IMG/VR virus record: IMGVR_UViG_3300012920_000023
Location: 32,001 to 96,000 of that record
Strand: one strand, 5' to 3'
DNA length: 64,000 nt
DNA from: a virus
Part shown: piece after piece, positions 17,901-27,440 of the stretch
How the letters are laid out: each line of letters starts with the position of its first letter
Position numbering within the stretch: position 1 is the stretch's first letter
Translations under genes and position numbers: made by a program
Notes under the pieces: generated by a model
The model's database searches: none
Told to the model about the DNA's origin: nothing
Seen by the model: the letters and a program-made list of their open reading frames with translations, nothing else

Positions 17901-20790
17901 TCTCGTCCCACTTGATGCTTGCGTTAGTCTCATCGCCACGCTCTACCTCAATGATTGCGTCTCGCTCTTGGCTTGTGCCTACATCACTGTTGAGCACAAG
18001 CATTGCACTCTGAGAGGCATTACTTAAGTCGCTCGCTTGAATGTTAAGACGGCCTGCCTGCGTAGTCGCACCTGTGGAAGAAACGACAGTGTACTTAGTT
18101 GATCCAACAGCACCTACAGTGAGATTCCCGGTTGAGTTAAGTGCATGACTGAAATCAAACACACCGGGATTAGTGTCCCACTTAATGGTTTTATAAGCCG
18201 GGCCTGCACCGCCGTCATTGACACGGATAAGTGTTGCGTCTCCGGCACTTCCATTTGAAGCGATATCAGAACGGAAGGTGATACCGTCGGATATGCCGTC
18301 CTTGATGTTCAACGCATCTGCAAACGTTGTTGCTCCTGCAATCGAGACAACGCCTGCTGTGCTGACGGTAAACTTGTCGGTGTTGACAGCAAATGTGCCG
18401 TTAGTTGCGATGTTACCGCTAGTGTGTGCGACTGTGAAAGCACCACTGCTCACATTGATTCCACCGTTAGGACTGAGTAGTCCGGAGAAAGACCCGACTC
18501 CAAAACTGCTTGTGGATGTAGATGATGCTGTGAAACCGCCCGATGAACCTGTGCAGGTCATAGAGTCGGCCTTTAACTCATTCCCTCCGAAACTCGTCTC
18601 ACCACTTGCCGAGGTAATCTGTCCGCTTGCGAATGTTAGGTTGGCGATCTTTGACGATGCCGGTAATTCGGTAATCTCATGGAACTGAATCTTGTGTGCA
18701 CTCGTCGTTGTCACAAAAGTGGCGAACCCGTCGGTGTCTGCGGAGGTTCCAATCGTTAAGGCAGAGGGCTTGTTGGCATCTAGGAGAATGTTGAGGTTTG
18801 ACCCATCATCACTCTTCAAAATGTCTGCGGAGAGTGAGCCTACATTAACAATGTTGAAATCACCAACGTCTAGGTTTGCTCCGAGGGTAGTAACTCCCGT
18901 TACTGCTAGTGTACCGGCGATGGCCGTATTACCACTCGCCTGTGCGACTGTAAACTTATTCGTACCGACTGCTGTACCGACTGAGAAGTCTGTGTTTGAG
19001 TGAAGTTTCCCACCGTTTACTGCAAACGTGCTATTGACATCATCCCAAAAAATATAGCCCTCATCGGCATTGCCCGATCCGGCTTCTACAGTGATCAATT
19101 TCACATCGAAGTCAGAACTTTTATTTTGTGCACCACGATCTGAGTTAAAGACGATTCCGAAATCATCGTCCGGTTGGCTTTGAATGAACAGGGTGTCTTT
19201 TACGGTCAACTCTGCGTTTACAAACCCGTTCCTTGTGATGATCAAGTCTTGGCCTACAGTTACATCGGTTGAAACTGAGAGGTTGTGGCTAAACGCCCAA
19301 GTTGTCTCATCATGTTGCCAAGTAATCGTTGAATAAGTATCGCCCATGTCAACGGCAATCACTGCGTTCTGACCCTGCCCTGTGCCTGTATCGGCATTAA
19401 GGATGATCAACTTATCGGATTCAGTAGACTTCTTATTTATACTTAGTGTGGAGTCTGCTCCAAGCGTAGCACCGCCCGTTAGAGTTGACAGTCCGGCTAC
19501 TGAGAGAGTACCGGTTCCTGTCGCACTAATGTTGCCGGAGGTGGTAAGGTTCTCGCTTCCAAAACTAATTTGAGCACCACCGCAGACAATACTTCCATCT
19601 GAGATTGTGATGTCGCCAATGCTTGATCCGGACTTAAAACTAGATACGTCGTTTGTAGCGGTAATCCCACCGTCTGTGTTTACCACGAAGTCATCATTTA
19701 CGTTGATTCCCCCGTCTAGTGAAGCCAAGCCCGTTACGTTGACTTCTCCGGATGCGGTCAAATCTTTAAGAGACAGGTCTGCGTCCGTTGTGTTACCGGT
19801 GGTGAAGTCGGATGCTGTGTGTGCTTCTGTGGTTAGCCCGAATCTAAATGCACTTGCGGAGTCGTCAAAGTACAAGATAGCGTCGTTCCCACTGTTACCA
19901 CGCTCCATCAGAATACCGATATCGTTTGAGTTAGCACCTCCTGCCACCGAGTGGTTCAAGCGAATAACCGGATCTTTAACCTCTAGGGTTGTTGTGTTAA
20001 CCGTTGTGGCAGTTCCGCTAATCAACAGGTCGCCGGTTATTACAACCTTACTGCCTGTACCACCAAGAGTAATGGTGTGTGGGTTATTGCTTCCGTCTTT
20101 AGTAACGGTCGCTCCGATAGAGACATTTCCGTTAGTGAAGTCTAAGCCTGTAAGCCCGGTAAATGCAGTTTCTGTGGCTCCGAGGGCTACAGAAGTCGCC
20201 CCGATAGTCACTGTACTGTTAGTCAGTTTGGCATTTGAGATTGCACTATTATTAATAATGTCGATTTTAGCCGATGTGATAGCACCGCTTTGAAGCGTCG
20301 CCACACCCTCGTTATTGATGTTTAAGTCGCCGGAGATGGGCTTATTTCTAAACTGATTTGCCCCGGTACTCCCGTCGGAGTCAGTATTAAAGATAAGAAA
20401 ATCTGCGTCTGAGAGTGCGTCCTCAGTGCCACCGTCTACTCCTAGGGTGACGTTTGACAGTGAGCCGATCTCAATCGATGAAGCACCACCGGAGTCAACG
20501 TATCCTTTAGTCGCCACGTCGGAGGATTCGGCAGGTTCTTCAACACCTCTTAGCCTAACGGTCGCATTACCTGCACTATCTAGGAACGAAACAACTTGAC
20601 CTGCGGAAAGGACGTTAGAACCGAGGTTGTCCAAGTCGGCTCTGAGTGTCTCACGGCCACCGTTGGTTGTGCCGTCATGGACACGGATAGAACTGTTCGT
20701 AGTGTCTACCGTGATTTCACCGATAGCCCCTGCAAAGGCATCATTTTGCGTGTGTGTACCACGCCTTAGTTTTACTCGTCTTACTGACAT
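14947..20790 (-). CDS. Long tail fibre (1947 aa) with Mtd-like N-terminal domain and about 10 internal repeats
   Basis: N-terminus VKLRRGT...GEITVDTT...RVHDG.T.GG; G/S/T/N-rich; repeated FNSD...VERG...WDE units. Confidence 0.85.
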   Translation of the reverse strand: MSVRRVKLRRGTHTQNDAFAGAIGEITVDTTNSSIRVHDGTTNGGRETLRADLDNLGSNVLSAGQVVSFLDSAGNATVRLRGVEEPAESSDVATKGYVDSGGASSIEIGSLSNVTLGVDGGTEDALSDADFLIFNTDSDGSTGANQFRNKPISGDLNINNEGVATLQSGAITSAKIDIINNSAISNAKLTNSTVTIGATSVALGATETAFTGLTGLDFTNGNVSIGATVTKDGSNNPHTITLGGTGSKVVITGDLLISGTATTVNTTTLEVKDPVIRLNHSVAGGANSNDIGILMERGNSGNDAILYFDDSASAFRFGLTTEAHTASDFTTGNTTDADLSLKDLTASGEVNVTGLASLDGGINVNDDFVVNTDGGITATNDVSSFKSGSSIGDITISDGSIVCGGAQISFGSENLTTSGNISATGTGTLSVAGLSTLTGGATLGADSTLSINKKSTESDKLIILNADTGTGQGQNAVIAVDMGDTYSTITWQHDETTWAFSHNLSVSTDVTVGQDLIITRNGFVNAELTVKDTLFIQSQPDDDFGIVFNSDRGAQNKSSDFDVKLITVEAGSGNADEGYIFWDDVNSTFAVNGGKLHSNTDFSVGTAVGTNKFTVAQASGNTAIAGTLAVTGVTTLGANLDVGDFNIVNVGSLSADILKSDDGSNLNILLDANKPSALTIGTSADTDGFATFVTTTSAHKIQFHEITELPASSKIANLTFASGQITSASGETSFGGNELKADSMTCTGSSGGFTASSTSTSSFGVGSFSGLLSPNGGINVSSGAFTVAHTSGNIATNGTFAVNTDKFTVSTAGVVSIAGATTFADALNIKDGISDGITFRSDIASNGSAGDATLIRVNDGGAGPAYKTIKWDTNPGVFDFSHALNSTGNLTVGAVGSTKYTVVSSTGATTQAGRLNIQASDLSNASQSAMLVLNSDVGTSQERDAIIEVERGDETNASIKWDETNGHWALSNALKSTGNFIVGANKFNVTASSGNTAIAGTLAVTSTLAVTGVTTLGDTLNLDDTCGGIVFNSNDTNAGDNADATLLTVERGTDTNAIISWDEDPGEFNLNPQGSLHIQGKAGVSGNALTIGDTTSAGTTTAKITTGGMLTVSSADFSSGGLTQVGNVSGVGSIALDSITDQTGDGMVISLADNQPSALSITESTNEYLVFVTTDSSEEIQFKKDVLHNEPVAFSKATTHGGIVNLKYDATASLIVANSDRTGSGQDADATLIEVERGELTNAKFKWDQSNASFAFDTKLVSQADLHIGATLGSQKVTIASSNGNITTEGILNFPTASQGAIVFNSDLAGGSAPNVNDDFGITVNRGSGTNAIFHWDEGELSWLFNNAGKVQINNDLIVDSGSTDAITISDGSISCTSGSITFGASNLQITSDTGEISFDNDNITTTGTLTAGATTLESLTVTGSVSMDNAGNIGDVADIALTTISPKTNDITVNVGDGRASAFHIQQGDANEDYLTINSLAETITLHQATTLTSNLNFTTANAGAITFNSDLAGGVAPASTDDFGLTVNRGSATDAKFFWDESETNWEFADVGNVKILGNLTVDSTLAFTTGSITDTTGAISFGDENLSTTGTLGAGVTTVTSLNVTGEGLTAITLNSDQTGTPSHTVGISIERGDSANATLAYNETGSLWQADRGDGNGAQNILLQNDTLFTLKTDTTGTAGQYNFTQGASPAILTLNNTDNNIDITNSSNVVSIKLDDDVSIVQDLEVGNDLDVGTDLDVGADLTVAGTIKGTGTVVKFKDPMIQLGLNATSPQTNNIGFYCKYEDSSSSDVFAGFLYQPNGSDTGTYKLFDRHATNISDSDTTATIADTALATLDCNGVRILGKPTTSTNESTSSGNFTSNTHSVSVTVTTNGALGNGARKGTSITVSNTLCKATSVIMGTASAHVDVHPHTVADGSFQFTYTNQSGSPIADGSNITFNFVIL

Positions 20791-20817
20791 TTAAGTCTCC
20801 TTAAAATTAAATAGAAA

Positions 20818-23196
20818 TTAAACAACTAGGCAACCGTAGTCCTCTTCACAGTATATAAGCGTATCTGTAATAGATCCAAAGTCTACTTCAAAATGAGTAC
20901 CCTCCACAAAGGTTGTGGCCACTGAACCGTAATCTATGGTCTCTAAAACACGTCCAAATATGATGAGATCACCGGACTCAATGGCGACTGTGCTTGATAG
21001 ATAGTGGTCGCTTATAACAGGAACACTTCCGGACGTTGTTCCGGTGTCTTTTGTTGACGCAGTTCCTAGAGAGACAGGCTTATACTTATTAAGACTTGAG
21101 TCTGTAGTAAACTGTAATACCTGCCCGTTAGATGGAGCAGTTGAGTCCACGTCGGTTAGGTTTGCGGTAGAAACGCTTAGAGAGAGACTGATTTCATTAG
21201 CGGTATCATCATGGGCAAATGTAACCGAATCAACCCCTCCACTGCCATCGCTAGTGTTTCCACTTATCAAGGCGTTAGCCACGGCATCTCTAGCCTCTTC
21301 ATCGGTATAACTAGTCACATCTCCGGGTACAAACTTTGAGGTTCCGTCCCACACTAATGACTGCCCCGATGTAGGTGCAACAGAGGTGATGTCAACGTCA
21401 GAGAGTTTATCAATAGAGGGGAGTGCAGTGAGGTTGACTCCGGAAACCGCCGGTAGACCGCTTGAGACCAATTTGACCACGTTGTCTGTGTTTGTGCCGG
21501 TATCGAGTGATGCCGAAGTTCCGAGAGTTGGAAGCCCGGATAAATCACTGTAAGCGAGCGTTGCGTTTACAAAAGCAGACCCACTATACCGGAGGACTTG
21601 CCCTGCATTTGACACGCTAAGTGTTGAAAGCGTTACATCGTTTAACTCGCCGACTGACTCGTTGCCCAAATTGACCTCAGATGGAGCGTTAACCCAAGTG
21701 GCCGTTCCGTTAGAGTTGGCCTGTAGCAGTTGCCCTGCGGAGCCGTTTGAGGATGGGAGTGTCCATGCGTCGCTAATCTTCACAGCCCCGGAGTAAATCT
21801 CAAGTCCGGTTGTTTCTGTGCCATTTACGGGAACTTTAAGTTTGATTGATCCGTCTGTGCTTGAAGCGGTGGTGTCCGATGCACATGACTCAATAACACC
21901 GTATGATACTAACGTGCTCCCTCCGGAGTCCTTTCCGGTGAACTTTATCTGACCTACAACCTCGTCTGTGGAGACAGTTGCGTCTGTCTGTAGATCAAGG
22001 GTTGGCCCCGTTGTGTTTGACGCTTCTGTGCTCTTAAGCGTGAGGGTTGGCTCTGTGTTACCCTCAGAGGACATATTTAAAACTAAGCCCACTCCTGCCA
22101 CGCTATCAAGCGAGATATCGGATGCTCCGAAGTATATTTTCCCTCCGGACTTCAAGTAAAGATCTTGCCAAACTGAACTTGAAGAACCGAGTGTGTTGGT
22201 TCCTGCGTTTGGCAAAAGGTTTCCTGTCGTTAAGGCGTTTGAAGTGCTTGCTCCACGCCCGGTGACAGAGTCAAGGGTGTCTGAAAGTGCAGTTTTATCT
22301 GCCCAAGAAGTTGTGCCACTTCCATTTGTAGTTAATACCTGCCCGTCGCTTCCCGAATCTGTGGGCAGAGTCCATGTATTGCTAATTTTAACGACTGCAT
22401 CCGATGACCCTACTGAATAGACAGACAGGGCAACTAGACTGCCTGCTGTACCTAGGACGTTTAGATCAATTTGACCCGATTCAAGATCTTCACCAACATC
22501 TTTTGCTTTGGCAGTTAGGCTTGCAAATGTCTTGGTTGTGCCTCCGTCATTATCTCCCTTAAAGTTTAAGATACTAACGGAGTCATTGTCGCTTAAAGTA
22601 GCAGAGTTATATATCTCAATCGTATGACCGCTAATTTTTATTCGGCCACTTGTATCTGTGTTTCTAAGCCCTTTATAGAAGTAGACTTCACCGTCACTAA
22701 GAGCCACATCTAAAATATTGGTGATGGTCGCACCGTTGCCGGCTTGCAGAAAGAATGAATCGTTTCTAGGGTTCGCTAGACCGCCCGAAGCGACAGAGTT
22801 TGTGTGTGCACTTACTGCACAGAAGCCTAGCCTAAATCCCTCAATGCCGGATTCGCCTATTTGAGTGTTTGATGTACCGTGATTAAACTGCACGACGCTA
22901 CTTGTAGGGTCATTTCCCCGGAGGGTTAGGCGATTCCATGTAGAACCACCTGTTCTTGAGACTCTGATCTCTTGTCCGTCGATAACTGTTGCACCATCGC
23001 CTCTAGTGGCGGTGATCTTACCGGCATCTCCATCACTGACTCCGTTTGTATGAATAGAGTCTGTAACTTTGAGACCGCCCACCTCAGTTGTGGCCTTAAA
23101 CGTATGTGCAGAGTTCAGAGTATTTACGTCGCCGGAGTTCAAAATGAACCGTCGGCTTTGACTGCCCTGTAACCCCTTGTCTGTATAATTCGCCAT
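20818..23196 (-). CDS. Tail fibre / fibre-adaptor protein
   Basis: LP...GS.GQVL.TNGSG..SW and L..L.DV...P..GQ.L.W fibre repeats; start moved to ATG 23196 behind GGAGG. Confidence 0.8.
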   Translation of the reverse strand: MANYTDKGLQGSQSRRFILNSGDVNTLNSAHTFKATTEVGGLKVTDSIHTNGVSDGDAGKITATRGDGATVIDGQEIRVSRTGGSTWNRLTLRGNDPTSSVVQFNHGTSNTQIGESGIEGFRLGFCAVSAHTNSVASGGLANPRNDSFFLQAGNGATITNILDVALSDGEVYFYKGLRNTDTSGRIKISGHTIEIYNSATLSDNDSVSILNFKGDNDGGTTKTFASLTAKAKDVGEDLESGQIDLNVLGTAGSLVALSVYSVGSSDAVVKISNTWTLPTDSGSDGQVLTTNGSGTTSWADKTALSDTLDSVTGRGASTSNALTTGNLLPNAGTNTLGSSSSVWQDLYLKSGGKIYFGASDISLDSVAGVGLVLNMSSEGNTEPTLTLKSTEASNTTGPTLDLQTDATVSTDEVVGQIKFTGKDSGGSTLVSYGVIESCASDTTASSTDGSIKLKVPVNGTETTGLEIYSGAVKISDAWTLPSSNGSAGQLLQANSNGTATWVNAPSEVNLGNESVGELNDVTLSTLSVSNAGQVLRYSGSAFVNATLAYSDLSGLPTLGTSASLDTGTNTDNVVKLVSSGLPAVSGVNLTALPSIDKLSDVDITSVAPTSGQSLVWDGTSKFVPGDVTSYTDEEARDAVANALISGNTSDGSGGVDSVTFAHDDTANEISLSLSVSTANLTDVDSTAPSNGQVLQFTTDSSLNKYKPVSLGTASTKDTGTTSGSVPVISDHYLSSTVAIESGDLIIFGRVLETIDYGSVATTFVEGTHFEVDFGSITDTLIYCEEDYGCLVV

Positions 23197-23295
23197 GACG
23201 AACTCCTCCAAAAGACAGTTTAATGGTGTTTGGCTAAAGATTGTACCACTCGGCACATTGAAAGTTAAACCTATAAAGTTTTATTTTATTTTTAC

Positions 23296-23324
23296 TTGAC
23301 TATACGAGTGTCTTAATATAGTAT
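23296..23324 (+). promoter_or_regulatory. Sigma70-type promoter TTGACT-N17-TAGTAT
   Basis: Consensus plus T-rich UP element upstream of 23365. Confidence 0.75.
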
Positions 23325-23364
23325 AACCAAAGTTGATTGAGATAAAAAATCCAAGGAGGGTTTT

Positions 23365-24162
23365 ATGAGTAAGAGAAAATCACATAACGACGAATGGTAT
23401 GAAGAGTTTGAGGGCACAGAAGATACCGGATTCGATCCGGATTACTGCTACGAGTGCGACTCATTCCGATGCGAATGTTATGAACTTCTTGACGGTGATT
23501 ACAACCAAAGAGGTCGGCAACAGAACTTGTTTGATGGCCTTTTTGATAGTTATCAAAGTGATGATTACAATCAAGATTATGGCTATGATGAAGATGATGA
23601 ATATGATGAACAGCCGGATAACGACTACAGTCAAGTTGTAGAGTATCAACGCAGACCGTTGAGTCAACCTTTATGGAGTCAGAACTCATTCAGACGCTAT
23701 AGCATCAAGCCTTTAAATAGAGTTGATCCTAATGAACGGGTTTTATACTTCGCATTTGGCTCAAATATGGAAAAGAGCCAAATGTTAAAGCGTTGTCCAT
23801 CGGCTCAAGAGGTTGAGGGCAAGTATACACTTGATGGTTATCGATTGACTTTCTGCGGTCATTCAAACAAGTGGGGTGGTGGAGTAGCCACAATCATAAA
23901 AGAGCGTTTTGATATAGTCCTAGGTCGGTTATTTAGCCTAACTTGGAGCGATGTATATAAACTAGATGGCTTTGAGGGTCATCCATACGTTTATAAGCGT
24001 CAGTATGTCACTCTTACCGACGGTCAAAGGGCATTAACTTACATCAAGCCGGTTAAGAATAATGAGTCTAAACCAAGCCTTTCATATTTCACAACAATCG
24101 CAAGGGGCTATCAACAAGTGGGGTATGAGTTAGATAAACTTGTTGACTCATCTAGCAAGTAA
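23365..24162 (+). CDS. Gamma-glutamylcyclotransferase (AIG2-like) with acidic D/E/Y-rich N-terminal extension
   Basis: LYFAFGSNM, RCPSA, GYRLTF, LDGFEG..YKR. Confidence 0.85.
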   Translation: MSKRKSHNDEWYEEFEGTEDTGFDPDYCYECDSFRCECYELLDGDYNQRGRQQNLFDGLFDSYQSDDYNQDYGYDEDDEYDEQPDNDYSQVVEYQRRPLSQPLWSQNSFRRYSIKPLNRVDPNERVLYFAFGSNMEKSQMLKRCPSAQEVEGKYTLDGYRLTFCGHSNKWGGGVATIIKERFDIVLGRLFSLTWSDVYKLDGFEGHPYVYKRQYVTLTDGQRALTYIKPVKNNESKPSLSYFTTIARGYQQVGYELDKLVDSSSK

Positions 24163-24234
24163 GACGCATACTCTCTTCTGCTTTTAGATAAAATGCAGTC
24201 AATGTTGAAAAGCGAGAGAAAGGTCTAACTTATT

Positions 24235-24501
24235 ATGAGTGCAAGTTTCTACGAAAATGCCGATATAACCGTATTTGGAGTACAATTTTCAAACTCCACA
24301 CCTCTTCAAATAATCCAATACTTTATGGATAAATCGATTTTTAAAAAGTATAACACCATTGAAGAATATATGGTTCATCTTGAGAGGTTTATGGAAGTTC
24401 CGGAGCGAGTAGAGGGCGAATCAGATCGTGATTTTGTGGAGCGACTTTTTGATGAGTTCTACAGACTTGGCATTCTAAAGATAGACGAAGTAATACATTA
24501 A
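24235..24501 (+). CDS. Hypothetical protein
   Basis: 88-aa ORF with AAGG upstream. Confidence 0.55.
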   Translation: MSASFYENADITVFGVQFSNSTPLQIIQYFMDKSIFKKYNTIEEYMVHLERFMEVPERVEGESDRDFVERLFDEFYRLGILKIDEVIH

Positions 24502-24563
24502 TCAGTGCACACGTGTGCACACGTTTAGGGAGTTGGGCAACCACCCATCTCTCCGGAGGCTCT

Positions 24564-26651
24564 ATGATATTTTCCGGCGAAAATGAGGGGCGAAAGGTAC
24601 GTTCTTTTGTCCTGCCTAGTTCATTTATTGATCAATATAAAGAAAGGCAACCCAAGTGGGGGCCATTAGGTTACATAACTTATAAGCGAACTTATGCTCG
24701 GCCTAAGCCGGATGGAAGTTCAGAAGAGTTCTATGAGACTGCTCAAAGAGTAGTTGAGGGTGTGTACAATGTCCAAAAGATACACTGTAGAAGACTCGGA
24801 CTTCCTTGGGATGATCGTAAGGCTCAAAAATCTGCTCAAGAAATGTACCGCCGTATGTGGGAGTTTAAGTTCCTCCCACCGGGGCGTGGTCTATGGATGA
24901 TGGGCACAGAGCAGGTTTACAAGAACGGCAGTGCAAGCCTTAATAACTGTGCGTTTGTATCAACGAAAGACATAGCCACTGATTTTGCATCTCCGTTCAC
25001 CTTTTTGATGGATATGTCTATGCTAGGAGTTGGCGTCGGGGGTGACTGTAAAGGTGCAGGATTAGTACGGATTGTTGAGCCATCCATTGATGAAGAAACT
25101 TATAAAGTAGAGGATAGCCGGGAGGGGTGGGTTGGACTTCTGAGGGTTATTTTAAACGCCTATGTAGGAAAGGGCAGTCTCCCGGCAGAGGTTGATTACA
25201 GTGATGTCCGGCCTTACGGTACACCTATTAAGGGCTTTGGTGGTGTAGCAAGTGGCCCTAAGCCTTTGATTGAACTTACTGATAAAGTTAAAGAAGTCCT
25301 TAATACTCCCGGTGAGTTAATCACGACCTCGCAGATCGTAGACATATTCAACCTTATCGGTGTGTGTGTTGTAGCAGGCAATGTTCGGCGTACTGCCGAG
25401 ATTATGTTCGGTGAGCCGGACGACGAGGTTTTCGCAAAACTAAAAGACCCATCTGAACTCAATGAACTTTATCGCCGGCAACAAGAACTTGAGAGCGATT
25501 ATACGTTTCCCGATGAAAGTGTAGAGTCTAAGATCGAAGAGGTTAAGAGACAAATCTCAAATCACCCTCTGCGAACTCACCGGTGGGCTTCAAATAACTC
25601 AATATTTGCCGAGATAGGAATGGACTACAGCACGATAGCCGAGTCAATAAAGGCGAACGGAGAACCGGGCTTGGTTTGGTTAGACACAATGAGAGATTGG
25701 GGCCGGCTCATTGATCATAAACCTAACGGTAAAGATTATCGTGCGATGGGTTCAAACCCATGTGCAGAGCAGACTCTTGAGTCCTTTGAGTTGTGCTGTT
25801 TAGTAGAGACATTCCCGGCTCATCATGATGATCTAGATGATTATTTAGACACATTAAAATACGCATATCTGTATGCAAAAACCGTGACCCTCATTCCGAC
25901 TCATGACCCCCGGACAAACACTGTTATGAACAGGAATCGTCGTATAGGTTGCAGTCAATCGGGGATTGTACAAGCGATGAACAAGTTAGGCAGAAGAACT
26001 TATCTTAATTGGTGCAACATCGGTTACAATCGCATTAAGACTCTTGATAGGAAATACTCAGAGTGGCTAGGCATCCCGAAGTCGATTAAGACAACCTCAG
26101 TAAAGCCGTCCGGCACTGTCTCACTTCTGTGTGGTGCGACTCCGGGCATCCACTTCCCTCACAGTGAATACTATATACGTCGCATTCGTATCGCCGAGGG
26201 ATCACCTTTAGTCGAAATGTGTGCTAATGCCGGTTACCCCGTTGAAACCGATGTTTATGATCAGACCGGCAAGACTATGGTTGTGTCTTTTCCTGTCAAA
26301 GAGGAGCATTACACTAAAGGGAAGAGTGAAGCCACTATATGGGAGCAGGTTGTCAATGCCGTTGACTTACAGCACTATTGGGCCGATAATCAAGTTAGTG
26401 TGACTGTTACTTTTAGCAAAGATGAGGGAAATCAGATTGTGCCGGTGTTAGAGTCATTTGAGAACCGACTTAAGAGCATATCATTCCTACCAATATCGGA
26501 ACACGGATATGCTCAAGCACCTTATGAGACAATCAGTGAGTCGGATTACAACACGCTTATAGAGAATATAAAGCCCATGTTGTTGACTATTGATGGCCAT
26601 GATGTAGAAGATAAATTCTGCGACGGTGACAGTTGCGAAATAAACTTTTAA
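24564..26651 (+). CDS. nrdJ: Class II (adenosylcobalamin-dependent) ribonucleoside-triphosphate reductase, monomeric type
   Basis: PPGRGLW, LNNCAF, AGNVRRTA, catalytic NPCAEQ, VKPSGTVS, C-terminal CDGDSC; start at ATG 24564 behind GGAGG. Confidence 0.95.
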   Translation: MIFSGENEGRKVRSFVLPSSFIDQYKERQPKWGPLGYITYKRTYARPKPDGSSEEFYETAQRVVEGVYNVQKIHCRRLGLPWDDRKAQKSAQEMYRRMWEFKFLPPGRGLWMMGTEQVYKNGSASLNNCAFVSTKDIATDFASPFTFLMDMSMLGVGVGGDCKGAGLVRIVEPSIDEETYKVEDSREGWVGLLRVILNAYVGKGSLPAEVDYSDVRPYGTPIKGFGGVASGPKPLIELTDKVKEVLNTPGELITTSQIVDIFNLIGVCVVAGNVRRTAEIMFGEPDDEVFAKLKDPSELNELYRRQQELESDYTFPDESVESKIEEVKRQISNHPLRTHRWASNNSIFAEIGMDYSTIAESIKANGEPGLVWLDTMRDWGRLIDHKPNGKDYRAMGSNPCAEQTLESFELCCLVETFPAHHDDLDDYLDTLKYAYLYAKTVTLIPTHDPRTNTVMNRNRRIGCSQSGIVQAMNKLGRRTYLNWCNIGYNRIKTLDRKYSEWLGIPKSIKTTSVKPSGTVSLLCGATPGIHFPHSEYYIRRIRIAEGSPLVEMCANAGYPVETDVYDQTGKTMVVSFPVKEEHYTKGKSEATIWEQVVNAVDLQHYWADNQVSVTVTFSKDEGNQIVPVLESFENRLKSISFLPISEHGYAQAPYETISESDYNTLIENIKPMLLTIDGHDVEDKFCDGDSCEINF

Positions 26652-26663
26652 GGAGATAAAGAG

Positions 26664-27440
26664 ATGTCCCTAGATATAATGGACGCAAGAAGCGGTACTC
26701 TCAGTGGTAACTTGGCAAGTGGAGTTCAACTTGAGGACTCAATGTGCCATGATTATGTTGTTCAAGAGATGACCGGTGTCGAAGAGGACTTATTGGCCGG
26801 AAAAGGCCCGATAATGCCAAGGCTTAATCAAGTGATTCTTAACTGCACAGTTTCTATAGGAGGTGTTGCAGACAAGAAAACTTTAGCCGGCATGATACGG
26901 AAATTAACGTCAGTTGATCGTATGATTATGCTTGTGTCTATTCGGCGAGCATCGCTCGGAGACCACTATCGGGTTAAGTATAACTGCCCATCATGCACTT
27001 CAAGTAATAATGCGAGCGTTGACCTCAGTCAACTTGAAATCACTAGAGCGAGAAGTGAATCCGAAACACATGAAGCCCAATTAAGTAGCGGTTGTGTTAT
27101 CGAATGGCATACTATGACCGGGCTAGACGAAGAGTGGTTGTCCACTCAAACTAAGCGTCAAGAAAAAACCGGACGGGCAGACATGTTGACCTTGGCCATT
27201 TTAACAAGAGTTGACTCGATTGACGGTGAAAAGATTGACCGCCGAAAGGATCTTAACTCTGCTCTTAAAACCGTTAAAGGGCTTAGACTTTCTGAGAGAA
27301 ACGAACTCCGGAGTATATTCAAGGAAGAGGAGGGCTCTTATGATACAGAGATTGAATACGAGTGTGCCCATTGTGGACATGAGTTTAAAGCCGACCTTGA
27401 TGTAGGCCAAGCAACCTTTTTTTTCCCCTCGGGAATATAG
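26664..27440 (+). CDS. Tail assembly chaperone / T4 gp26-like baseplate hub assembly protein
   Basis: EMTGVEEDLL, DR...LVSIRRASLG, two CxxC pairs, ends FFFP on a T8 slippery run; directly upstream of the tape measure gene. Confidence 0.8.
   Translation: MSLDIMDARSGTLSGNLASGVQLEDSMCHDYVVQEMTGVEEDLLAGKGPIMPRLNQVILNCTVSIGGVADKKTLAGMIRKLTSVDRMIMLVSIRRASLGDHYRVKYNCPSCTSSNNASVDLSQLEITRARSESETHEAQLSSGCVIEWHTMTGLDEEWLSTQTKRQEKTGRADMLTLAILTRVDSIDGEKIDRRKDLNSALKTVKGLRLSERNELRSIFKEEEGSYDTEIEYECAHCGHEFKADLDVGQATFFFPSGI

Noticed and set aside
14947-20790. Diversity-generating retroelement suggested by the Mtd-like domain
   Set aside because: Only the N-terminal attachment domain matches; no reverse transcriptase or adenine-variant template/variable repeat pair seen in the window
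15083-23172. Many plus-strand ORFs of 60-228 aa opposite the fibre genes
   Set aside because: Antisense shadows of G/S/T-rich repetitive coding sequence; no RBS or family motifs
24564-26651. Intein or intron in nrdJ
   Set aside because: Length is normal; only a short helical insertion is present, with no intein terminal motifs or frame break
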